A stretch of DNA of 57,036 nucleotides from contig JAGVXG010000004.1 of the NCBI GenBank assembly GCA_018303885.1, positions 1 to 57,036 of the forward strand. Reading direction: 5' to 3'. Positions 34,997-44,858 of this stretch are shown here, piece by piece. Each line of letters begins with the position of its first letter. Positions within the stretch are counted from its first letter, which is position 1. The DNA comes from Candidatus Pacearchaeota archaeon. GTDB taxonomy: Archaea > Nanobdellota > Nanobdellia > Pacearchaeales > GW2011-AR1. A model generated the notes under the pieces. The model was not told the origin of the DNA and made no database searches. It saw nothing but the letters and a program-made list of their open reading frames with translations. The position numbers and the translations under genes are program-made.

Positions 34997-35692
34997 ATGA
35001 AAACCTTTGGAAAAGACATCTGGGACAAAAAAATGCGGGAACAAGGCGAGCTCGGCGTCATAGCAGGAATCAGAGCCAAGAAGAAACAAATCAGCAGAGA
35101 CGCCAACGAAATACTGGGTTTTTTTGATAAAGAAGTACGCCCGCATCTTAAAGGCAACAAAGCCGTAGATATTGGCGTAGGTCCTGCTTCCAGATTTTTA
35201 ATTGGGTTGTCAAAAAGAGGGCTTATTGTAGATGGAGTAGATATTAGCTCTCTTATTTTAGATGAAGCCGAAAAAAAGGCCAAATTGGCTGGAATTACTT
35301 CCTCAAGGTTTTTCAGTATTGATATAACAAAAGAAACACCAAGAGGGAAGTATGATTTTGTGTTTTGTTTCGGAACTTTTGGGCATTTCCCAGGATATAC
35401 TGCCTTAGATGTCATGAGAAACTTCAATAAAATATTGAATAAAAAAGGAGTTTGTATGATTCACTTTTGGAAGCCAAGAGCTTTAGGACTGAAAGAAATA
35501 ATCTCAACTGCTGTTTATGATTTTATGAGATTTGTTAAACTTAAATTTTTTAAGAAAACATACCTAGTTAGCTGTTCTTTTTACACTAAAGAAGACATAG
35601 AAGAACTCTGTGACAGATCAGGGTTTAGCTTAATCAAATTAGAAGACCGCCCAGGTTATTTTCTAGCAGTTTTATCAAAAAAAAGTCAGTAA
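34997..35692 (+). CDS. Class I SAM-dependent methyltransferase
   Basis: VDIGVGP motif I, GVDIS, YDFVFC. Confidence 0.8.
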   Translation: MKTFGKDIWDKKMREQGELGVIAGIRAKKKQISRDANEILGFFDKEVRPHLKGNKAVDIGVGPASRFLIGLSKRGLIVDGVDISSLILDEAEKKAKLAGITSSRFFSIDITKETPRGKYDFVFCFGTFGHFPGYTALDVMRNFNKILNKKGVCMIHFWKPRALGLKEIISTAVYDFMRFVKLKFFKKTYLVSCSFYTKEDIEELCDRSGFSLIKLEDRPGYFLAVLSKKSQ

Positions 35693-35745
35693 AACACCGA
35701 GATGGCTTCCACAACTAATAAATATACTAAAAACTAGTTCTTGAA

Positions 35746-37119
35746 ATGGATATAAGAGAAGAGGAATCTGATATAAGAGCTTTTTTTAGCAGATTAAAAA
35801 ATAGAGACTTTTCAGGAAATGTTGGAATTGCACTAAAAAACAGCATCTATCAATTTTCCACGACTCTTATAGGAAAAATAGGTGCTTTAATTCTTACAAT
35901 AGTTCTTGCTAGATTACTCATGCCAGAGATTTTTGGACTTTACAGTTTAGCATTATCTACGATTATTATTTTTGTCGCATTTTCTGACTTAGGTATAGGA
36001 GATACTTTAGTTAGGTTTGTTTCAAAAGAGCTAGGAAAAAGAAACATAGCAAAAGCAAAGGCTTACTCAGAATATCTAATAAAAATAAAGGTTTTTATAA
36101 TGCTGGCTGTTTCTTTAATTTTAATACTTTCTGCTAAATTTATCTCTGAAAATTATTATCATAAGCCCCTAACCTTTGCTTTAATGGCAGGAAGTCTTTA
36201 CATTCTTTTTGGAGGCGGAGTTGTTATCCTCCAAGCCCTTTTGCAAGCGCATAATTTTTTTAAACCAATTCTTTACAGAGAAGCTATTTTCCAGATACTT
36301 AGAATAATAATTATCCCTATTTTTGTTCTTCTTTCAATAAAAAATCTTAGCCCGGAATTTTTGGTGTCAGCAATAATTCTAATTCTTTCATTATCTTTTG
36401 CTATTTCAGTTCTGTTACTCTATGTTTTTTCTAAAAAGACCATATTTGTAGGTACGTTGAGAACTCCGAAAAAAACACTTTCAAAAAAAGATAAAACCAA
36501 TGTAAAAAAATTTGTTTTATTAAATTCTACAATAATTCTTTCTGGAATATTTTTTGGTTATATAGACATTGTAATGCTAGGATATTTTGTTTCTTCAGAG
36601 TATATTGGGTATTACCAAGGCGCATTTAGCTTTATTAATGCAGCAATTTCTCTCATAACTTTTTCTGGAGCCCTTCTTCCGATTTTTAGCAGGCTTAACA
36701 AAGGAAAAATGAACACTTTTTTAGAAAAAACAACAAAAGTAGTTTCTTTAGTGTCAATAATTTTATTTTTATTTATTTTCTTTGCTGCAGAACCTTTAAT
36801 TCTTACCATTTTTGGACAGGAATACGCTTCTTCAATAAACATTCTCAGAATACTTTCTTTGCTTCTTCTTTCTATACCAATAACAACCATTTATTCAACT
36901 TACTTTCTTTCTTCCGGCAAACCAGGAGTTGTATCTAAATTTTTGGTAATTTCCACAATAATAAATATAATTTTAAATTACCTTTTAATTTCATATTTTA
37001 TCTCGCATAGTTCTTTATATGCTACTTACGGCGCGGCAGCCGCCACGATAATTAGCCGATATTCTTTTATGATTTTTCTTATGGTTTATAGAAGAAGAAA
37101 TATAAAGAAGAAAAATTAA
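35746..37119 (+). CDS. Wzx/MOP-type oligosaccharide flippase
   Basis: LARLLMPEIFGLY, DLGIG, IDIVMLG, GYYQ.A, GAAAAT; about 12 TMs. Confidence 0.88.
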   Translation: MDIREEESDIRAFFSRLKNRDFSGNVGIALKNSIYQFSTTLIGKIGALILTIVLARLLMPEIFGLYSLALSTIIIFVAFSDLGIGDTLVRFVSKELGKRNIAKAKAYSEYLIKIKVFIMLAVSLILILSAKFISENYYHKPLTFALMAGSLYILFGGGVVILQALLQAHNFFKPILYREAIFQILRIIIIPIFVLLSIKNLSPEFLVSAIILILSLSFAISVLLLYVFSKKTIFVGTLRTPKKTLSKKDKTNVKKFVLLNSTIILSGIFFGYIDIVMLGYFVSSEYIGYYQGAFSFINAAISLITFSGALLPIFSRLNKGKMNTFLEKTTKVVSLVSIILFLFIFFAAEPLILTIFGQEYASSINILRILSLLLLSIPITTIYSTYFLSSGKPGVVSKFLVISTIINIILNYLLISYFISHSSLYATYGAAAATIISRYSFMIFLMVYRRRNIKKKN

Positions 37120-37625
37120 AGCCCAATAAAATCAATAATTTTTTTAACTGCCTCTTCTGGCTTTTGTTTTACTGAATCAATTTCTATTTCCGAATTTGTT
37201 GGAGGTTCATAAGGAACATGTAGCCCAATAAAATTTTCAAGTTCACCTGCTTCAGCTCTTGTATAAAGTCCCTTGACATCTCTTTTTTTACATTCATTAT
37301 AAGAACAGTTTATATAAATTTCAACAAATTCTTTCCCAAAATTTTTTCTAGCTTCTTCACGTGATTCTCTAAATGGAGAAATTATTGGAACCATAATATA
37401 GTCTACTTTATCAATAACTTTCTTGCATAATTCAATAATAAGCCTATTATTCTCTTTTATATCTCCAGGAGTAAATCCAAGATGCCTATGCAACTCTCGC
37501 CTGACATCATCACCATCAAAAACCTGATAACTTTTCCCTAATTTATCAAACTCTTTTTTTAATAATTCAGTAATAGTTGTTTTTCCACTTCCAGATAAAC
37601 CCGTAAACCATAAAACTCTACCCAT
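37116..37625 (-). CDS. cysC: Adenylyl-sulfate (APS) kinase
   Basis: WFTGLSGSGKTT, DGD.VR, LGF, ISPFR, KRDVKGLY, YEPP. Confidence 0.92.
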   Translation of the reverse strand: MGRVLWFTGLSGSGKTTITELLKKEFDKLGKSYQVFDGDDVRRELHRHLGFTPGDIKENNRLIIELCKKVIDKVDYIMVPIISPFRESREEARKNFGKEFVEIYINCSYNECKKRDVKGLYTRAEAGELENFIGLHVPYEPPTNSEIEIDSVKQKPEEAVKKIIDFIGL

Positions 37626-37626
37626 A

Positions 37627-39840
37627 TTATTCTACAAAAACCCTTTCGCCATTTTTAATTTTATCTAGAATAAATCTTGAAATTTCTGGTCTCATAAACC
37701 ATTCTGGAGGCTCTTTTCCTTTTTGAAACAACTCTCTTGCTTGTGTTCCCGACAAGTGCAGTTTATTTTCATCTGGATGATCAATGAAATCAAGATCATG
37801 GATATACCTTTCTTCTAATTCTGAATAAAAAACCTCTCCAAATTTAATTGGTTCTATCCCTAATTCTTCTTTTGTAAATTTATCGAATATTTCATGAGAA
37901 GCATTTTTTGAATAGAAATCTCCAACACCAGTATGATCTCTACCAATTATAAAATGACTGCAGCCAAAATTCTTCCTTACAATTGCAGTAAATAAAGCTT
38001 CTCTAGGCCCAGCATACCTGGAGTAATTTGCAAATGTTCCCATCAATACCTTAGATTTTGGATAAAATTCTTCCATCATTTTTTCATAAGATTCAATTAT
38101 TATTTCAGACTCAAAATCTCCAGACTTTTTCTTTCCTATTATAGGATGAACAAATAGCCCATCACACAGCCCTCTTTTTAACCCCTCAAGCTGTATAAAT
38201 TCATGACTTTTATGTATCACGTTTCTAGTATGAAATCCGACAACTTTGCTCCATCCTCTTTCGGAAAATATTCTTCTTGTTTGTTTTGGAGTTAGTTCAT
38301 GAATTTTGTATTTTGATGGCTTTCTTTTTAATAAAGTTATTTTACCACCTAAAAAATAATCTCCTAAGCCCATAAATCTCTTAACACCAGGATGTTCTAT
38401 GCTTAATGTTCCAAAAATCTTTTGTACTTCTTCATTTTTATCAACCTTATAAAATTCACTAAGATGTAAAATGCCATAACCTTCTCCACCATAAGTTAAC
38501 AAAACATTTTCCCCCTCTGAAAGTTCTTTTCTTTTATCCTCCCCAATAGTTAAAACAATTGGGAGCGGCCAAATTACTTCACTAGTTAATCTACACTTAT
38601 CAGCTACAGACCTAAAGTCTTCTTTTCCCAAAAATCCTTCTAGTGGACTAAAAGCTCCTACCCCAATTTGTTCTATGTCCATAAGAGTCTCTTCATCAAT
38701 TTCTACACTTTTTTTTGGCAAGTCCTCAGTGTAGTTAGAAACATATCGGTCTATCAGTTTACCTCCATGGGGTTTGACCAACAACTCTGGCGTTTCATGA
38801 GAGTAAATATAATTTGTATTTTCTAAGCTTTCTAAAAAACTGCCACTCTTTCCTTTTTGAATAAACTCGATTTGAGAAATTAAATTTGACAACATGTTTA
38901 CGGTTTCAACAGGATATTTCCCAACAGCAGTTTCTTTAGTCAAAGCAATACCTGTGGCACCATCCAAAATTGTATTTATAATATCATTGACTTCTGCTTT
39001 GTTGGGTTTTAAAGAAAAAGCCATCTGTTCAAGCGTATTTGTAGCAACAAAAGCATCTTTTCCCAGATCTCTCATTTTTTTTAATATAAATTTCTGGATA
39101 AAAGGGATTTTTTCAAGTTGAACCTGGCTTCCTAAATCCCCCCTATCAATTAATATTCCATTAGAAACCTTTGCTATTTCCATAAAATTCTCTAATCCTT
39201 TCTTTGACTCTATTTTTGAATAGATTACCGCTTCAGGATAAAGTTGTTTAAATTTCAATATACTCTCTGGAGACTCCATAAAAGATAGTGTAAAATGTTT
39301 TATGCCATATTTCTTAGCTAAATTAACTGCTAAATGATCTTTTTTACTAAAAGGGGGAAGATTAAATGTAGGGCTTTCAATTTGAACGGCCTTTTTACCA
39401 CCAATTCTTCCACCAATCACAACTTTACATTCTATAAACCCGTTGTTTAATTTACTGTCATCAAAAACCCTTAATAAAACAGAATTAAATTCTAAGGAAA
39501 TTAAATCGCCATCTTTTAACTTAGATATTATCCCTAATGGCTTAAAAAACAGATTAAATGAGTCACAGACTACCTTTTTTGCATGTATTTTTACAACACC
39601 CCCTTCAAAGAAATCAATTTCGGAAGTATTACCTGTTCTTACCTGAGACCCCTCAGTATCTAAAATTATTGGCACATCGTATCCCAATAAACCCCTTATT
39701 TTTTCTTCTATTTCCTCATCTTCAGTATGAGAAAGGTTTATTCTAAAAAAATCAGCTCCCCTATCTTTAAGTTTCAATAAGATATCCTCTTTAAATGAGC
39801 TTGGTCCAATAGTACAGATAATTTTGATTTTATTTATCAT
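37627..39840 (-). CDS. Pyruvate kinase-like domain fused to sulfate adenylyltransferase (Sat)
   Basis: N-half (about 38880-39840): KIICTIGP, RINLSH, SKIES, RGDLG, AT, ETAVGKYP. C-half (37627-38780): PHGGKL, FSPLEGF, FHTRNVIHKSH, YAGPREA, GRDHTGVG. Confidence 0.9.
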   Translation of the reverse strand: MINKIKIICTIGPSSFKEDILLKLKDRGADFFRINLSHTEDEEIEEKIRGLLGYDVPIILDTEGSQVRTGNTSEIDFFEGGVVKIHAKKVVCDSFNLFFKPLGIISKLKDGDLISLEFNSVLLRVFDDSKLNNGFIECKVVIGGRIGGKKAVQIESPTFNLPPFSKKDHLAVNLAKKYGIKHFTLSFMESPESILKFKQLYPEAVIYSKIESKKGLENFMEIAKVSNGILIDRGDLGSQVQLEKIPFIQKFILKKMRDLGKDAFVATNTLEQMAFSLKPNKAEVNDIINTILDGATGIALTKETAVGKYPVETVNMLSNLISQIEFIQKGKSGSFLESLENTNYIYSHETPELLVKPHGGKLIDRYVSNYTEDLPKKSVEIDEETLMDIEQIGVGAFSPLEGFLGKEDFRSVADKCRLTSEVIWPLPIVLTIGEDKRKELSEGENVLLTYGGEGYGILHLSEFYKVDKNEEVQKIFGTLSIEHPGVKRFMGLGDYFLGGKITLLKRKPSKYKIHELTPKQTRRIFSERGWSKVVGFHTRNVIHKSHEFIQLEGLKRGLCDGLFVHPIIGKKKSGDFESEIIIESYEKMMEEFYPKSKVLMGTFANYSRYAGPREALFTAIVRKNFGCSHFIIGRDHTGVGDFYSKNASHEIFDKFTKEELGIEPIKFGEVFYSELEERYIHDLDFIDHPDENKLHLSGTQARELFQKGKEPPEWFMRPEISRFILDKIKNGERVFVE

Positions 39841-39938
39841 ATCCTTTAATCACCATAATAACTTTTAAAGATTATGTAATTCTAATCTGAATCCTTTAGC
39901 CTCGATAAATTTAAAAGTACAATGATTTGGTTTATCTA

Positions 39939-40712
39939 ATGGATAAAGTACTATGGATATTCTTACATCCTCCTAGAACAGGCGGGAATACTATAATTGA
40001 AACCTTATTAAAAAAATTTCCAAGAGAAGAGATATTTATGGCATCTCTTGCAAGGTATAAGTTAGATACGGAAGAATTTAAGCCTAAAAAAGTAAGATTT
40101 ATGCTTGGACATGCAACTTATTATGGCATTCATAAACTTGTTCCGGATAAGGAGCCGAGGTACTTTATAGTATTAAGAGATCCTGCTGAAAGATTGATTT
40201 CCCATTATAATGCAAAAATGGAAAAAGAGATGAAAAAAATATCTTTTGATGCGTGGTATAAGAATCAGATAAAAAACGAAATGGTTCATGTTCTTGATTT
40301 GAAGCTTAAAGGAAGCCCATCAACAAGGATACATACTCCAAGTATTTTCTTGCCTATTATTAGAAAACTGAACTATAAGGCTTTTTATTTCATTCAAGCC
40401 TTTATCTTTAATCTTTTAAGACTTAATAAGAAGAATGATTACAGAAAACTAGAAAATGCAAAAAAACTTCTAGATTTATGCTGGTTTGTCGCTATTTTAG
40501 AAAAAAGTGACAAAGATTTCAAATTTTTGCTTAAAGCCATGGGCATAAAAAATCCTAAATGGGTTGACGATGGTGTTAGCAAGAAGATAGTGAAAATCGA
40601 TGAAAAGCTTAGGCAAAAAATATACAAAGAAAACCCGCTTGATGTTCAGCTCTATAAGTATGCTTTAAAAGTCAGAGAAGAAAAGCTTAAGTTAATAAAG
40701 AAATCTAAGTAG
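39939..40712 (+). CDS. PAPS-dependent sulfotransferase (Sulfotransfer_2-like)
   Basis: FLHPPRTGG 5'-PSB loop and LRDPAERLISHY 3'-PB motif; start at ATG 39939 with TATA about 21 nt upstream. Confidence 0.8.
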   Translation: MDKVLWIFLHPPRTGGNTIIETLLKKFPREEIFMASLARYKLDTEEFKPKKVRFMLGHATYYGIHKLVPDKEPRYFIVLRDPAERLISHYNAKMEKEMKKISFDAWYKNQIKNEMVHVLDLKLKGSPSTRIHTPSIFLPIIRKLNYKAFYFIQAFIFNLLRLNKKNDYRKLENAKKLLDLCWFVAILEKSDKDFKFLLKAMGIKNPKWVDDGVSKKIVKIDEKLRQKIYKENPLDVQLYKYALKVREEKLKLIKKSK

Positions 40713-40718
40713 ATTGCC

Positions 40719-41162
40719 TTATTTTTTTAAATCTAGTACTTCTAAGCCATTTTTTGAGGGTATTGCCTTTGGAAACTTTTCTTTCAGTTCTTTAGTTTTT
40801 ACCAGTAGTTTATTTCCAAGCATGTTTCCGACAATTTTCTGAAAAATTTTAGATTTAGAAGAGGGCTCAATGTCATGAAATAAACAATAGTGTTTTTCAA
40901 ACAAGACCTTTGAAGGAATTAATAAGGGCATAGCTATACTCCAGTCTTGAGTGTAAATGATATCGTAGTTTTCTTTTTCATTTATCTTTAAAATAAAGCC
41001 CTTTAATCCTTCCATAGAACTAGAAAGAGTTTCAAAATTTAGGTCCTCATTTCTTGAAACTAAGTCAACTTCATGCCCCTGTTTTTTAAGGCTTTCAGCT
41101 ATGTTTTTAACAAACTTTCCTACAAAATCCTTCTCTGTCCTGTAAACTACTAATATTTTCAT
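40719..41162 (-). CDS. Short protein resembling a GT4 N-terminal domain only
   Basis: MKILVV ... L...GHEVDLVS ... YDIIYTQDW; 147 aa, no C-terminal nucleotide-binding domain. Confidence 0.55.
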   Translation of the reverse strand: MKILVVYRTEKDFVGKFVKNIAESLKKQGHEVDLVSRNEDLNFETLSSSMEGLKGFILKINEKENYDIIYTQDWSIAMPLLIPSKVLFEKHYCLFHDIEPSSKSKIFQKIVGNMLGNKLLVKTKELKEKFPKAIPSKNGLEVLDLKK

Positions 41163-41163
41163 T

Positions 41164-41880
41164 TTATGCTGTATTACTGAAGCCTTCAAGTTTTTTTAAT
41201 ATATCTTCAGCATGATTTAGCTCTTTTTTGTCATTAACTGTTAGCCAGATTCCATCGTGATGAAAACTATGTAACATTTTTTCACCAATTATCTTTCGAA
41301 AGGCATTTTCTTCTATATTCCCTCCGACAAGAAAATCCTTTATTTTTTTATTAAAAACATAAAAGCCGGCATTCATTCTTTTATCATGAACTTCCCCTTT
41401 CTCTTTGAATTCAACTACCTTCCCAAAATCATCTGTATGGACAATCCCAAAATTAGTTCTAAGATTTACAGTCGCTATAGTGGCTATTGCATTTCCAGCA
41501 ATATGCGCCTTTTCAAAATCATCAAGTGATAGGTCTGTTACTTGGTCTCCATTCATCGCATAGAAATTTTCATCTTCAATGTTTGCCTGCTCTAATAACG
41601 CCTTAAATGCATCTTCAGTTCCGCCGGCTTCATCGTGCTCTGTATAAGTTATTTCAACCCCAAAATCTTCACCATCTGAAAAATAATTTTTTATCATCTC
41701 TTTTTTGTAAGCAGTGCCTATAATAACTCTTTTAACCCCGCTTTTGACCAGCCATTCGATTATTCTCTCGAGAATTGGTTTGTCATTTATAGGAATTAAT
41801 GGTTTAGGCAGATCCTCTGTACGTTCTTCAAATCTTTTACCCCGGCCTCCTGCAATAATTATTGCTGTTTTTAGAACCAT
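41164..41880 (-). CDS. Sugar-phosphate nucleotidyltransferase
   Basis: IIAGGRGKR, PKPLIPI, MNGD, F.EK, NAGFYVF. Confidence 0.9.
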   Translation of the reverse strand: MVLKTAIIIAGGRGKRFEERTEDLPKPLIPINDKPILERIIEWLVKSGVKRVIIGTAYKKEMIKNYFSDGEDFGVEITYTEHDEAGGTEDAFKALLEQANIEDENFYAMNGDQVTDLSLDDFEKAHIAGNAIATIATVNLRTNFGIVHTDDFGKVVEFKEKGEVHDKRMNAGFYVFNKKIKDFLVGGNIEENAFRKIIGEKMLHSFHHDGIWLTVNDKKELNHAEDILKKLEGFSNTA

Positions 41881-41956
41881 AAATTAATAGGGTAGACGAT
41901 TATTTAAAAAGACTATGGAATAACAGTCCATAATTAATTGAGAATTCTTAAAATTA

Positions 41957-42547
41957 TCAAAGCAGGGGAATTGCCCTATCCATCCCAAACCGAACATAGG
42001 GATGTAATTCTTCACCAAGTCCATTTCCATACATTTCATGTGTTACAACTAATGGTTTTTCGTGTAACCTATCTAAATTTAGTTCACCATCAGCCTCACA
42101 ATAATATAACAATCCCGTGTCGTCTATTCCCAAGGGAAGACCTTTCTCTTGAGGATTAGAGTGGGGAGTTGTATTCCAGATAGCCCTTATAAATCCAAGA
42201 TAAACTAAACTATTTTCATTTACATCTAAGCCGCTTTCGGCCTTAATTCTTGATACAAGAGATTTTGATGTTGGGACTCCTCGGTCTATATATCCTCCAA
42301 GAGGCCATAAATAACCTTTTGCTGGTTCAGCTTTTCTTCTAACCAAAATAATGCCTTTTTTGCCTTCTTCATTATGATATGCAACTAATGCATCATGACA
42401 ACTTCTAACTAATACTTGTCTTCCATCTGAATAAACAGCTTCTCCCCTCCCCCTATACCTCAATGTTTCTAAATCAGTTCCACCCTCTACAGAATCTATA
42501 ATGAAAGGGTTTGTTACAGTTTTATATTCTCTAACTGAATCTGCCAT
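41957..42547 (-). CDS. Nudix-like hydrolase, GDP-sugar hydrolase-like, degenerate Nudix box
   Basis: RRKAEPAKGYLWPLGG ... RIKAESGL. Confidence 0.6.
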   Translation of the reverse strand: MADSVREYKTVTNPFIIDSVEGGTDLETLRYRGRGEAVYSDGRQVLVRSCHDALVAYHNEEGKKGIILVRRKAEPAKGYLWPLGGYIDRGVPTSKSLVSRIKAESGLDVNENSLVYLGFIRAIWNTTPHSNPQEKGLPLGIDDTGLLYYCEADGELNLDRLHEKPLVVTHEMYGNGLGEELHPYVRFGMDRAIPLL

Positions 42548-42644
42548 GTTTTTTCTATCTTTTACTCATTTAAAAAGATTATGAAACTCTATTATGCATT
42601 TTTATTACAACAATCTTATTAAAGACGTTTTTTTCATTAGTCAG

Positions 42645-43694
42645 ATGGAATTGAACAGAAAAAGGGTTCTTATTACTGGCATAACAGGTTTTATCGGAGC
42701 AGAGTTAGCTCATAAACTATTGGAACAAGGTTATGAGGTTTTCGGTTTTATTCAGCCAGTTATCGGAAGAGACTTAAGCTGTTTAGAAGATATTAGAGAT
42801 AAAATAAAGCTTTTGATATGTGATATTAAAGATTACTTTTCTGTTAGAAACTCAATAAAAAAAATAGAACCAGATGTGGTTTTTCATTTGGCTGCTCTTT
42901 CTCCAGTTAGATTAAGTTTTGAGCATCCTTTTGAATATCAGGATTCTAATTTTGTTGGCACAGTTAATATAGCAGAATCTCTAAGAGAACTCTATGGACC
43001 AGATAAAGTAAGACTTATTGCGGCATCAACAGCAGAAGTTTATGGAATCCAAGAAAAAAACGAGCCTTTCGTTGAAGCTTTAAGATTGGAGCCTTCAAGT
43101 CCCTATGCAGTTTCAAAAGCTTCTTTGGATATGTATCTTAGAATGATTCATACTGTCTACAATTTTAACGTCGTGATATTAAGGAATTCCAATACCTTTG
43201 GAAGAAAATATGATCCAAGCTTTTTTACAGAGTATCTCATAACAGAGATGCTTAATGGAAAAGATATCTATATTGGAGCACCGGATTCAATCAGGGATTA
43301 CATGTATGTCGATGACCATGTAAGTTCTTATTTGCTTGCAATGAAAACTCCTGAAGCAAGAGGGCAGGTATTCAACATTGCTGGAGGCAAAGGTTATACA
43401 AATAAAGAGTGGACATTAAAAATTGCAGAAATTTTAGGTTTTCCTTTGGGAAAAATCCATTTTGGGCAATATCCTCCTAATTATCCAAATAGGCCACTTC
43501 CTTCAGACCAACCATATCTTGTTCTTGATTCTACAAGAGCTAGGACAGTGCTTGGATGGTCGCAAAAAATCCCTCCAGAGGAAGGATTGAGAAAAACTGC
43601 AGAATATTGGAGAAATAAGTATCTTAAAGAACAGAAAATAGGCATCTCTGAGCAAAAATTAGATAAAATCAAAGAAATTATTGATTCTGAATAA
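42645..43694 (+). CDS. NDP-sugar 4,6-dehydratase/reductase (GMD/RMD-like extended SDR)
   Basis: TGITGFIG, FHLAALS, ASTAEVYG, PSSPYAVSK, RDYMYV; start at ATG 42645. Confidence 0.88.
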   Translation: MELNRKRVLITGITGFIGAELAHKLLEQGYEVFGFIQPVIGRDLSCLEDIRDKIKLLICDIKDYFSVRNSIKKIEPDVVFHLAALSPVRLSFEHPFEYQDSNFVGTVNIAESLRELYGPDKVRLIAASTAEVYGIQEKNEPFVEALRLEPSSPYAVSKASLDMYLRMIHTVYNFNVVILRNSNTFGRKYDPSFFTEYLITEMLNGKDIYIGAPDSIRDYMYVDDHVSSYLLAMKTPEARGQVFNIAGGKGYTNKEWTLKIAEILGFPLGKIHFGQYPPNYPNRPLPSDQPYLVLDSTRARTVLGWSQKIPPEEGLRKTAEYWRNKYLKEQKIGISEQKLDKIKEIIDSE

Positions 43695-43703
43695 AATAAT
43701 AAA

Positions 43704-43758
43704 AATGAAAGCAAATAGGAAATTTTCATTCATTCGCCATAAGAGGTATGTCAAATGA
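43704..43758 (+). repeat. Dispersed copy of the 50-bp unit (mini-ORF MKANRKFSFIRHKRYVK*)
   Basis: 50/55 identical to 24052-24106; its TGA overlaps the ATG at 43755. Confidence 0.88.
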
Positions 43759-44858
43759 AAGTAGCAATGGTTTTTCCAACAAGAGAATCCGAGAAAGCTA
43801 TTTCAGGATACGCAACGACTCTTGTTGAAAACATAAAAAAAACAAAAGTTGATATAGAAAATTTCACTTATGTTTCCGGACATCCAAAAACTCTTTTTAA
43901 TCGACTAAAAGCGTTAAAAAAATATGAAGTTATTCATATACAACATGAATATAATCTTTTAGGAAATTATGGGTTGCCATTCTTTCTTTTATATTTTTTG
44001 CTTTTCTTTTCCGAAGCTAAGATAATAACAACGATGCACACCATTCTTTCTCAAAAAGAAAGGTTTCCTGGCAGTAGCCGCCTAAAAACTTCCCTTAGAA
44101 AAATACTTTATTTGATACAAAACCGCTGGATAAATTGGTTTTCAGATATAATCGTTGTGCATACTAGTTTCTTAAAGGAAACGCTATCCAAAGAGTACCA
44201 TGTTAAAAAAAATAAAATAGTCGTTTTTCCTCAAGGGATTATTGAAAATGCACCACAATACAACAAAAAAAAGATAAAAAAAGAACTAAAGCTCTTCGGC
44301 AATGTCTATCTTTTTATGGGAAGCATGGTCCCAGACCATGGACATGATATAATTATAAGACAAGCAGATAAAATAGGCAAGACAATTCTTGTTGTAGCAA
44401 ATTCCGGTTCAGTTAATGATAGGAACAGTGATAGAACAAGAACGTATTTAGAAGAAAACAGGAAAATTGTCCAACAGAAAGGTTTTGAGAAATTTGTAAG
44501 ATTTGATATAAGCGAAAGCATAACAGATAAAAATCCCCTTTGGTGGAAATATTTTTCTGCAGCAGACTTAATTCTTTTGTCATATAGGGTAGGACATGGA
44601 AGCGGGATATTTGCGCATGCTATGGCTGCAAAAAGACCGGTAATTGGAAGTAATGTGCCCTTCTTTAATGAAATCTCAAAAAACTATGGATGTGTTTTTA
44701 TTGCAAAAAACGATCAAGATTACCCAAAAGTAATTAAGGAAGCAATGAAACCTAAAAACCATAATAAAATGACTAAAGAATGCGAACGATATCTTAAAGA
44801 ATACGGACTTTCAAGCCTTGCACTTAAATATAAAAAACTTTATTATTCTTTAAAATGA
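43755..44858 (+). CDS. GT4-family glycosyltransferase
   Basis: IHIQHEY, TTMH, ADLILLSY...GSG...AMA..RPVI.S. Confidence 0.85.
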   Translation: MKVAMVFPTRESEKAISGYATTLVENIKKTKVDIENFTYVSGHPKTLFNRLKALKKYEVIHIQHEYNLLGNYGLPFFLLYFLLFFSEAKIITTMHTILSQKERFPGSSRLKTSLRKILYLIQNRWINWFSDIIVVHTSFLKETLSKEYHVKKNKIVVFPQGIIENAPQYNKKKIKKELKLFGNVYLFMGSMVPDHGHDIIIRQADKIGKTILVVANSGSVNDRNSDRTRTYLEENRKIVQQKGFEKFVRFDISESITDKNPLWWKYFSAADLILLSYRVGHGSGIFAHAMAAKRPVIGSNVPFFNEISKNYGCVFIAKNDQDYPKVIKEAMKPKNHNKMTKECERYLKEYGLSSLALKYKKLYYSLK

